Below, piece by piece: positions 54,420-62,984 of a stretch of DNA of 64,000 nucleotides. Each line of letters begins with the position of its first letter. The stretch's first letter is position 1. The stretch comes from a virus. The notes under the pieces are model-generated. The model was not told where the DNA came from. It was given only the letters and a program-made list of their open reading frames with translations, and made no database searches. Both the position numbers and the translations under genes were made by a program. The stretch is taken from the IMG/VR virus record IMGVR_UViG_3300025168_000034, positions 64,001 to 128,000 of that record, one strand, 5' to 3'.

Positions 54420-57400
54420 TTAACAGTTTATATACGACAATTCGTTTTTTCTGTCTATTGTTATAATATTGTCAACCATATCTCTTACTACATCAATGTG
54501 TGAGATAACTAAACTAAACCTGAAAGTGTCCTTCATATTAGTAAATAGTGTGTGCATTGAGTTTAGATTGGTGCTATCTAAAACACCTAATCCCTCATCA
54601 ATAGCAATAAAATCAGGCTTCGGTAGGTTTGTGATCTTAATTAATGCTATACGCAAAGCTATAGAAGATAAGAATTTTTCCATCCCAGAACTCAACTCTA
54701 ACGGCCACTTTTCGTCTTCATAACATATGAATCCATTTATATTCTTGCCATCTGTTTCTAATGCAATCTCAAAATCAATTATCTGATTTAGTATAGTGTT
54801 GGCGTGTTGCTCTATGAATGGAACAGCCTTTGATATAAGCTGAAATGGTATGCCATCCTTATACATAGCTTTGCAGTAGATATCATATATTGCTTGATCT
54901 TCTACTAACTGAGTCATGTGTTGGATTGTTTTTGTACTCTCTTCAATTGTCTCCTCAGCTACACACTTTTTACCATAGAAATCACGTACAGACTTGTTAG
55001 TTTTCTGTACGACTATAGTTTGTTTATTTTTTTCTATGTTCAACTTACTTAACTTGTCATTCGTTTTATTGTTACGTTCTATGACTTTTACAGCCTTGTT
55101 GTATTGTTTGATTTGCGATTCGGTTTCTGCAATATTGACTTCGCATGCTGCTATGTCTTTATTAAGACGTTCATACTCAGACTCAGCATCACCTTTATCA
55201 GCTCGTGCGCTATTATAGTCAGTTGCAATGTCTCTTATGTAGTCCGCTTGTGCTTGTATTTCTTTATTGTTTTCGATAAAATCAACGATTCGCATACGCT
55301 TTTGTAAAAAGTCAGCTACTGTTGTTTTATCTTCCTCAAGCTCTAGTTTCGTCTTCATTGCATCTTGTACAAACACATTTGACACGCAGTGCTTGCAGTT
55401 CGGATCATACTCATGTTTATTAAGTTTTTCAAGTTTTGACAACTTGTTTTTGATTGTAATCTTTAACTCTCCCAACTCCGTATCTAGCTCAATCTTTTCT
55501 AGTACCTTTGCTTTGTGGGTAGTGTATAGATCCTGATCAAAGCTGTTCAATGCACGCTCCTTATCATACTCTAATCCAGTTAATCTCTTCTTAGACTCCT
55601 CCCACTTCTTTGTCGATACTTTTTTGTCTTCTTGCAAAGATGTCAATTCTTGTTCGTATTCTTCAAGTGATTCTGATACATCAGAAATATCTATACTATC
55701 TTCTTCACACGGCTCCAATTGCTCAGATAACACTAACATTTTATCGATCTGATCATCAAGTATAGCTTTCTCTTTTTTATGCACCGCTATAGCATCGTCA
55801 TGCTTTATAGTGTATTCATCTAAAGACTTTTCTGCATCACCTAGTTTAGTTTCAAAGTCTTGCTTTTGGTACTCTTCTAGTATAATTGATGCATTTCTAT
55901 TGCTTCTATTGGCAAGGTCATGGAGTTGATCAAATATAGTAACATCTAAGAAGTTGGCTAGCAGATCCTTTCTTTCGCTCTGAGTCTTGTCAATAAAGTT
56001 GGAGTTGTTCTGTTGCAGTGATAATGCAGTTAGGATAAAGTCATCAAACGTACCTACATAGGATTGTATGATCTTACCAGTGTCACGTCTCATCTCACCA
56101 TTCAGTGACACCTTGTTTCCATCCTCGTTGATGTACCAAAAGTCAATCTCCACACGCAATCTACCCTTTAACGCACCACTACGGTACTTGAAGGCTTTTT
56201 TGTGAATGAAATAGTCCAATCCTTCGAGCTCAAAGTTGAAGGTACACTCGAATGATTCTTTCTTGCGATTAAGTACTTGGTCAGCTTTACTAGCTCTGAA
56301 CGAGTGATCGAAGAGGCAGAAGCATAGAGCGTCTAATATGGCAGACTTGCCGGCATGGTTAGGTGCAAATATACCACAAGTACCCATCTTAGTGCTGAAG
56401 TCAATGGTGTTGTCCTCTCCATAGCTGAACATGTTGCTAAACTCGAACTTCTTAGGTTTCCAGATTACACTGCGAGCTACCTCAGGCTGCTGCAACTCAC
56501 CATTAAGCTTCTTATTGATTTCTAAAACTTTGGCAATCGAGTCTTCATCTACACCTTCATCGGTTAGGTATTCTGTTAGTAGTTGGTTCTGGTATTGTAT
56601 GTTACGTACGTCTCCTTGGTCTAGTTGTGTACCTAGATGTTCATCACCGTTCCGGCCACCTTTGTCGAGTTTGATAACTATTGCATCTCGGTTTTTGTAC
56701 TTCTTACGTATCGTTGCAAGAACACGCTTCATCTGAGCCGCATCTGTTTTCATTGTCTTGATGCGTAGTCTTGTGTGCTTTGTGATAGGTAGATTGTCTG
56801 GCAATACACCATCAGTAATCTCTAACGTATAATACCCGTATTCGTTAGGTAAATCGTGAAACTCACATTTGATATCTTTTCGGTCTCGTACATCAATGAT
56901 ACCATATCCATGTCCTTCATACGCTTCTCCAAAGTTTTGTTGTACAGTTGAGCCTGGATAGAACATCAACGGATTTGCTGTAGATAATGTTTGACGTTTA
57001 TGTATATCTCCTAGTGGTGCTACATCAAAACCAGCAAACGTATCCCAGCTCAATCCATGTTCAATATTCATACCACTATCCACTTTACTATTGGCAACTG
57101 TGCCATGATACAAAGCCATTAGTAAATCGTATTGGTCTGGATTATCTATCTTATCGTATGTGATATATTTGTCAGTTTCACCTAATAAAGAAAATACACT
57201 GAGTCCTATTTTCTGATCTGGTGTGTATATATCATACAATCCTGAGTCTCTTAGGTACCAAAGGTTTCGATGTTTCAGTCCTTGAACGATTGGAGTTAAT
57301 GCATCTAATCTGTGTGGATTATTTAGGTTTGCATCGTGGTTTCCTGTGATCACAAATGTGGGTCTTCTATCTGCCAATCTTTTGAATAGGTAGGATACCA

Positions 57401-57611
57401 TGCTGATAAGCTCTGGACTCATCTCTGTTTTAGCATGCACAATATCACCTCCAACTGTTACGATGGTGTTAGGAGAACACTTGTCTAATTCCTCAAACAT
57501 TCTGTCAAACACCTGCTTAAACTCTTTGTGCCGTTTCCAGTTCCTAATGTGTACATCAGCGATGTGAAAGATGTAATCAACATTGTTGGGTAGTGTAATT
57601 CCTTGGCTCAT
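54420..57611 (-). CDS. Fused SbcD/Mre11 nuclease - SbcC/Rad50 ATPase (gp47-gp46-like)
   Basis: HIADVH, GGDIVH, GNHD, LGDIH; then APNHAGKS, zinc hook CKHC, LSSGME, IAIDEG, ISH. Confidence 0.9.
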   Translation of the reverse strand: MSQGITLPNNVDYIFHIADVHIRNWKRHKEFKQVFDRMFEELDKCSPNTIVTVGGDIVHAKTEMSPELISMVSYLFKRLADRRPTFVITGNHDANLNNPHRLDALTPIVQGLKHRNLWYLRDSGLYDIYTPDQKIGLSVFSLLGETDKYITYDKIDNPDQYDLLMALYHGTVANSKVDSGMNIEHGLSWDTFAGFDVAPLGDIHKRQTLSTANPLMFYPGSTVQQNFGEAYEGHGYGIIDVRDRKDIKCEFHDLPNEYGYYTLEITDGVLPDNLPITKHTRLRIKTMKTDAAQMKRVLATIRKKYKNRDAIVIKLDKGGRNGDEHLGTQLDQGDVRNIQYQNQLLTEYLTDEGVDEDSIAKVLEINKKLNGELQQPEVARSVIWKPKKFEFSNMFSYGEDNTIDFSTKMGTCGIFAPNHAGKSAILDALCFCLFDHSFRASKADQVLNRKKESFECTFNFELEGLDYFIHKKAFKYRSGALKGRLRVEIDFWYINEDGNKVSLNGEMRRDTGKIIQSYVGTFDDFILTALSLQQNNSNFIDKTQSERKDLLANFLDVTIFDQLHDLANRSNRNASIILEEYQKQDFETKLGDAEKSLDEYTIKHDDAIAVHKKEKAILDDQIDKMLVLSEQLEPCEEDSIDISDVSESLEEYEQELTSLQEDKKVSTKKWEESKKRLTGLEYDKERALNSFDQDLYTTHKAKVLEKIELDTELGELKITIKNKLSKLEKLNKHEYDPNCKHCVSNVFVQDAMKTKLELEEDKTTVADFLQKRMRIVDFIENNKEIQAQADYIRDIATDYNSARADKGDAESEYERLNKDIAACEVNIAETESQIKQYNKAVKVIERNNKTNDKLSKLNIEKNKQTIVVQKTNKSVRDFYGKKCVAEETIEESTKTIQHMTQLVEDQAIYDIYCKAMYKDGIPFQLISKAVPFIEQHANTILNQIIDFEIALETDGKNINGFICYEDEKWPLELSSGMEKFLSSIALRIALIKITNLPKPDFIAIDEGLGVLDSTNLNSMHTLFTNMKDTFRFSLVISHIDVVRDMVDNIITIDRKNELSYINC

Positions 57612-58531
57612 ATGTTCATTTTATATTTTATCAAATCAAAAAAGCTAAGCTGTTGAGCTTGCTCTAACATGCTTAGCATGCCTTTGTGTCCAGTTTCATT
57701 TGGATCTTTATCTTTCAAGTCTGTGTAGTACACCTCTATGCCATTGTTGATGAAGTACTCTATCTCTTCCAGACTATCCTTATATGCGTCTGGATCCAAG
57801 GCTAGGTAAAGCTTAGGAGGTCGCTCACTTAAAATACGTGATCTTAGTGTTGGAAGTATCTTTTTACCAAACAATGGAATCACGTTACGCTTTGTTGATA
57901 TTGCATCGAATGCACCCTCCACTATTACAATAGGCTCTTTCCAGTTTATATGGCTACCAAATCCAATAACATCCTTTGATACTGGAGGATTCTTGTGTTT
58001 ATGGTCTGTATCATAGAAGCTTCTACCAGCATAGTAGTTTAGGAATCCATCTTCATCAAAGCTAGGCACTACTAACATGCCTCCATAAGGGCCATCTTCA
58101 CAATATCCTATCTCATACTTGACTATATCAATAGGAGAAAGCCCTCTCTTATGTACTGCATAATGTATAGCGTTTCTATAGTGTGGAGTGTTCCTTTGGT
58201 TGTGTAGTGGTTTGTATTGCTCTGGCAAAGAGTATAGTTTGTTGGATTTCTTCTTTTGTGTTGTAACCTTTACATCACCATAGACTTCTCGTATTTTAGG
58301 GAAAACATACTCAGGAGCTTTGCTTTTCTTTAGAAGTGAGTTCACAGTCTGACCACGCGCATTGCATACCCAACAATGCCATTTTTGCGTCAAGACATTA
58401 ACTTGCAGCTTCTTTTTGTGATGATTACAGAATGGACAGTGAAAGCTCTTTTCTCCATTTTTATGTGGCGTAGATCTTCCTAAATGTCCATGTAGTACCT
58501 TCATCACAACCTCAGTTTGTGATACATTCAT
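57608..58531 (-). CDS. DNA primase (zinc finger plus TOPRIM)
   Basis: CPFCNH..WHCWVC, IVEGAFDA, LALDPDA, KDPNE. Confidence 0.88.
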   Translation of the reverse strand: MNVSQTEVVMKVLHGHLGRSTPHKNGEKSFHCPFCNHHKKKLQVNVLTQKWHCWVCNARGQTVNSLLKKSKAPEYVFPKIREVYGDVKVTTQKKKSNKLYSLPEQYKPLHNQRNTPHYRNAIHYAVHKRGLSPIDIVKYEIGYCEDGPYGGMLVVPSFDEDGFLNYYAGRSFYDTDHKHKNPPVSKDVIGFGSHINWKEPIVIVEGAFDAISTKRNVIPLFGKKILPTLRSRILSERPPKLYLALDPDAYKDSLEEIEYFINNGIEVYYTDLKDKDPNETGHKGMLSMLEQAQQLSFFDLIKYKMNI

Positions 58532-58535
58532 AGAC

Positions 58536-58566
58536 TAAATATACGGAAAACTATTCGTTTAACCAA
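58536..58566 (-). promoter_or_regulatory. Bacteroidota-type promoter TTG-N20-TATATTTA
   Basis: 4 nt upstream of the primase ATG. Confidence 0.65.
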
Positions 58567-58958
58567 CTATTTGGTATCTCTTTGTTACTGTAAATAAAGT
58601 TGTTTTTTACACACCAATCTGCGTATGTGGTTTTTGACCCTTTTCTAATCTTGTTGTTTGCATTTTGAAACACAAACCTTATATCTAACTCAGGATGCTG
58701 ACTTTTTATTAAGACATGCTTCTGCCTATCTGCTAATACAAATCTACCCTTTGTCTCAATAAAAATTCCATTTGGAAGTTTGAAGTCGGGAGTGTATGTG
58801 TGGTTGGTAGCTGGTTTTGAGTATGATATTTTGTGTTGTTCATACTCACCACTGACACCACGACTCTTGAGTGATTTATCTATATCCTCCTCTAAGCCAC
58901 TCCTAAACCCATGCTTCTTAGCTATTGCTCTTTTGCTTGATTTTTTTCTTCTGGCCAT
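58551..58958 (-). CDS. T7 endonuclease I-like Holliday junction resolvase
   Basis: FRSGLEE, YTPDFKLPNGIFIETKGRF..DRQKH..HPELDIRFVF..SKTTYADWC. Confidence 0.92.
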   Translation of the reverse strand: MARRKKSSKRAIAKKHGFRSGLEEDIDKSLKSRGVSGEYEQHKISYSKPATNHTYTPDFKLPNGIFIETKGRFVLADRQKHVLIKSQHPELDIRFVFQNANNKIRKGSKTTYADWCVKNNFIYSNKEIPNSWLNE

Positions 58959-59317
58959 AACTGTTTTATTTTGTAGTTTCGATCGAATAACTTAGCTGAT
59001 GTTTCTTTCATTCCGTACAGACTGATTACCAAATCTATACTATCCTTCTCGAAGGTCTTGCATGAATAAATATCTAGTTGATAGTCCAAACTATCGTCCC
59101 ACGTATGTATAGCAATGTGTGATGTTGTAATGATACCAACTCCAGATACTCCTGGATATTCGTTGGGTTCGTATCCTACAACTGGATTCATAGGCATTCC
59201 TTCTACATAACGCATATCAAGAGCTATTACCAATTTATCAATCAAATCCTTCACTTGATCTGTTGTAAGCTTTTCGCTAAGCGTTCCCTTGGATATGAGG
59301 TGTTTGTGGTCTAACAT
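58922..59317 (-). CDS. speD: Pyruvoyl-dependent S-adenosylmethionine decarboxylase-like proenzyme
   Basis: HKHLI, GVSGVGIITTSHIAIHTW, LDIYSCK. Confidence 0.75.
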   Translation of the reverse strand: MLDHKHLISKGTLSEKLTTDQVKDLIDKLVIALDMRYVEGMPMNPVVGYEPNEYPGVSGVGIITTSHIAIHTWDDSLDYQLDIYSCKTFEKDSIDLVISLYGMKETSAKLFDRNYKIKQLWPEEKNQAKEQ

Positions 59318-59318
59318 G

Positions 59319-59981
59319 TTAGTAAACTTTTAAAAATGATAGCATTTTAGGTTCGTGCAAATATTCTAAGTGATCAATTCCAAAGTACTTTGCTTTAGTC
59401 TTGGACTGCTCATACTCGTCAAAACTGTCTTCCGCAATGAGTGGTTTGAGATCTGCATATACCTGCTCCCAATCTTGGTTAAGAATTAGATCTTCTAAAA
59501 AGACAACATGTTGCTTGTATAACTCAAAATCGTGAAAGTCGTGTTCGATGTGCATTAATTCAAAAACCTTGCCATCTTCTATCCAATCGATACAAAAGTC
59601 AGCCATATACTTAGGTTTAATGTTAACTAACTTTTGGAGACGTTTGTTGTGTTTTGCAAACTCTTTAAGTTGTTCTAAAGCTTCGCCAGCGTATCCGTAT
59701 CTGGTGTTTAGGTGGCAGTGGTCTAAGAAGATGTGTGCGTGTGGCACGTCTTGAGACATCCAGTCTTGAAAACATGCTGAGGCGTCTGTTGGACGTCCAG
59801 GTACGAGTATGTGTCCAGGAATGTTTGACTGTTTGTGATACTCTCCCTCTACGTAAGTTAGCTCATAGCCAATACGATCGAAAAAGTCTGGAATAATCAT
59901 TTTATCAAAGACGGTTTCATCTTCTAAAGGTTTTGTAATATATGGATAATCGACTAGTTTGTAATTAAGTTTATTTATCAT
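59319..59981 (-). CDS. Hypothetical protein (220 aa)
   Basis: Long ORF overlapping the upstream stop. Confidence 0.7.
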   Translation of the reverse strand: MINKLNYKLVDYPYITKPLEDETVFDKMIIPDFFDRIGYELTYVEGEYHKQSNIPGHILVPGRPTDASACFQDWMSQDVPHAHIFLDHCHLNTRYGYAGEALEQLKEFAKHNKRLQKLVNIKPKYMADFCIDWIEDGKVFELMHIEHDFHDFELYKQHVVFLEDLILNQDWEQVYADLKPLIAEDSFDEYEQSKTKAKYFGIDHLEYLHEPKMLSFLKVY

Positions 59982-62907
59982 ATCTGACTATAAAGGTTGT
60001 ATCTACGTTACTTGGTAATTTTAATGGGAATCCTAGTTTTGCAACTGCTAACATTTCTCCATACTCATTATATAATCCAATTGCTGTTACGTATGGTTTG
60101 AAGTCTGATCCAGTTGTGAATGGTCTAAACTCGTATTGGTTTGATGCAGGATTGTATTCTTGTACTGTTGGATTATTACTTCGATTAAACTCTCCTGCCC
60201 CAACTGTGCATGCTATTTCTTTTTCATAAATTGTATGAGTTCCTCTTGCTACGACTTCTTTTATGTCCATGTATCTTGATATAATTGATCCAAGTACCAT
60301 TTGTCCGTGATTATAAAACACATTGCCTACAATTGTTGTAGCTCGTCCTAGTGTATGGTAAGATAAAAATCTATCGTTACTACTCATTAATCCAGCATAC
60401 ATTTTAATATTGTCAATTAACCCATCAAATCCTTGGTCCGCTGACACACTGTTACCTATGTGTATATCAGACTTATTAGAGCATGCAGCTCCATCTATAA
60501 CATCAGGTGAGGTTGTTTGTAGTACGTTATCAATATACATCATCAACGTAGAAGAGCTTAGTTGGCATGTTACGTGATGCAGTTGATTCAATGTTAAGCT
60601 ACCAGAAACTTGGGCTTGTTCAAATAAATTATCGCGCTTAAAACGTAACATCGTACTTCCAGAATCCATAGTAATAGCATATGGTGTTCGATTGTCGCTT
60701 TTGTATGTGAAGACATTACCATTTATATCTACTCCATGATTTTCAGAGGTGCCTTGTTTGTTTAAGATAGCAGACCCTGAAGGATGTATTGAGTGAGCGG
60801 TAGGTCTTATCATGAAAGTGATTGTAAAATCGTTATTCTCAAAATTGTAAGACTGTCTATAGTTTTGTACAGTTGAAGGTTGTATGTGTATGCTTGATGA
60901 TAAGCTGCTACTAAACGTAGGAACAACTCCTAGTAAGTCAATAGGTTGAGGTATTGGTATAGTGGCTCCAGCAATATCTGTGAATTTTATATTTTTGTAA
61001 TGAGTTTCCATTACCCAATTACCGCGATTAAAGCTGCTAGTTAAGTTAATTGCACCTTTACCGTTGTATTTGTACAAATCTCGAGTAGGCCACTCTCCTA
61101 CACTATTAATCGATAACGACTCGCTCACCCTTGTAGATGGAGATATTGGTGAAATTAATCCTCCAGACACAAAAAGATTACCACTTAGGTCGTCTTTTAT
61201 TTCTATGGATTCATTATTACTACCACTTATATTGTAATTTGCTTTAATTGACAAAGAGGATTGCTGAATACCCTCTCCAAACTTTGTTTGTGCAAGATTA
61301 ACAATATATGCTTGATCTTCTAAATCTCTAATTTGAGTGTTTATATTCCCATTACCAAATGCTGCTTTTGTGTTGCTATAAAAATCTTCATAAAATAAAT
61401 GGTTTACAGATTTGTGTACAACACGTTGAAATTTTTTATTAACTGTAACGGGTTCGTAGTATTGGAAGTGTGGATTGCCTTGGTCGAATAGTGTGTTAAG
61501 GGGGTTGTAGCTTGGATGTGATGGTGTTGGATTGTAATCTGCTTTATACACAGAAAAGGTTGGTTCTGAGTTTACATCAAATTGAATAAACCTTTCGCTA
61601 TATGATGAGCTAAATCCTATAAAAATATCTGAACTTGATGCATTAGTTTTTAATGTGGTTCCAATTTGCAAATCTCCTTTTGTAGCTCCAAAATGATCTG
61701 GGTCAGATATTGCATATGTGTCGGGGTTAATTGTGAAAAACACAGACTCTTTCAAGCTGTTAGTAGATCCAGCAAATATTCCTATTGTTGCTGGTGTTTG
61801 ATTGGTTTGGATTGTGGCTTTGACTTTGGGCTTTAATGCTACCCACTGTCTTGCATCAATTACTTTATCAAATGACGCTACATTGTACGGTGTATCTACA
61901 GCATATAAATCAATACCAACTTGTCCATCATTATATACAACATGCACTTTACTCTCTTGTAAAGTTGACGATCCAGAAATAAAGTTAGTTTTATCTATTA
62001 AAATGTCTGCAACGTTGGATGTTATTAGTTGAGATATTGCGGTGTCCTTAACACAAAACAATTTTCCGTCCTCAAACAATGCAAAATATCTATTCTGGGT
62101 TCCACAATATAAAAAGGTTTTGAGAGCTGTTGGTGTTGTAGCTCCATAAACACTTGCTCCATATACAGCGTATCCAAACGCACTACCTGGACTTACTGAT
62201 GAGCTAAAGCTAGCTGTTAGAGCTTGTGGAAGTGATCCAGTAAATGATACGGCATAAGCTCCTAATGATCCGGAAGCTGCTATTGCTAACACTTTGTCGT
62301 TTATAGTTTTACCTTCTGCATTTACAGCACTAAACGACGCTGTTAAGCCTGCATCAATAGACGAAGGCATAATTAACCCTTCAACACCTCCAAAGTTTCC
62401 TGTGCTAACAGCAAAAGTCTTTGATGTTACACCTAGAGTTCCAGCAACAAAAACAGTATCTTTTGCTCCGCTGGATAACTCGCACACGGATATACTCTTT
62501 ACGTCTGTTACCTTTGAGCTTGTGTATGGTGTTCCTTTTACAAGTAGATTGTTGTATGGATCTACTGCTCCAAAACCATTTGCAGTTGCTGCTGCATGTA
62601 TATATTGCTGTGTGTGCCCTATACCATAAGCAGTTACTCCGTTTGGATTTGGTGTTATTACATCGTTTAGAATTTCATAACCGTCATCCTGGTTTAGACG
62701 TAATAATCTGCTACTACTAACATCAGTGACGTAAAGTCCTCTAACTCCAGCCTTACTTGATCCTTCTAATGATCCAACACTAACTGGGCTAGCCTGAACA
62801 TTTGAGTAATAGGTTTTATAGCAAACAGTGCTAAACCATTTCTTATGTGCTCGAAAAGGCGTAAGCCTTATATCGGATGCGTCTAAATTTTTAAAAACTC
62901 CTGCCAT
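59971..62907 (-). CDS. Virion structural protein with a LamG/concanavalin A-like domain (978 aa)
   Basis: FTITFMIRP..LHHVTC..MYIDNV..IGN..FDGLIDNIKMY; C-terminal YVTAIGLYNEYGEMLAVAKL. Confidence 0.7.
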   Translation of the reverse strand: MAGVFKNLDASDIRLTPFRAHKKWFSTVCYKTYYSNVQASPVSVGSLEGSSKAGVRGLYVTDVSSSRLLRLNQDDGYEILNDVITPNPNGVTAYGIGHTQQYIHAAATANGFGAVDPYNNLLVKGTPYTSSKVTDVKSISVCELSSGAKDTVFVAGTLGVTSKTFAVSTGNFGGVEGLIMPSSIDAGLTASFSAVNAEGKTINDKVLAIAASGSLGAYAVSFTGSLPQALTASFSSSVSPGSAFGYAVYGASVYGATTPTALKTFLYCGTQNRYFALFEDGKLFCVKDTAISQLITSNVADILIDKTNFISGSSTLQESKVHVVYNDGQVGIDLYAVDTPYNVASFDKVIDARQWVALKPKVKATIQTNQTPATIGIFAGSTNSLKESVFFTINPDTYAISDPDHFGATKGDLQIGTTLKTNASSSDIFIGFSSSYSERFIQFDVNSEPTFSVYKADYNPTPSHPSYNPLNTLFDQGNPHFQYYEPVTVNKKFQRVVHKSVNHLFYEDFYSNTKAAFGNGNINTQIRDLEDQAYIVNLAQTKFGEGIQQSSLSIKANYNISGSNNESIEIKDDLSGNLFVSGGLISPISPSTRVSESLSINSVGEWPTRDLYKYNGKGAINLTSSFNRGNWVMETHYKNIKFTDIAGATIPIPQPIDLLGVVPTFSSSLSSSIHIQPSTVQNYRQSYNFENNDFTITFMIRPTAHSIHPSGSAILNKQGTSENHGVDINGNVFTYKSDNRTPYAITMDSGSTMLRFKRDNLFEQAQVSGSLTLNQLHHVTCQLSSSTLMMYIDNVLQTTSPDVIDGAACSNKSDIHIGNSVSADQGFDGLIDNIKMYAGLMSSNDRFLSYHTLGRATTIVGNVFYNHGQMVLGSIISRYMDIKEVVARGTHTIYEKEIACTVGAGEFNRSNNPTVQEYNPASNQYEFRPFTTGSDFKPYVTAIGLYNEYGEMLAVAKLGFPLKLPSNVDTTFIVRYDK

Positions 62908-62911
62908 TACA

Positions 62912-62919
62912 TATAAATA
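62912..62919 (-). promoter_or_regulatory. Putative late promoter motif TATTTATA
   Basis: 4 nt upstream of ATG 62907. Confidence 0.65.
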
Positions 62920-62932
62920 TGTCGATAAAGCA

Positions 62933-62960
62933 AATCCCTTCCATTATGTTGAAAGGGATT
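62933..62960 (-). terminator. Hairpin, possible weak terminator
   Basis: AATCCCTT...AAGGGATT stem with a poor T-tail. Confidence 0.4.
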
Positions 62961-62984
62961 ATTGGCTAGTTTGATTATGTGATT

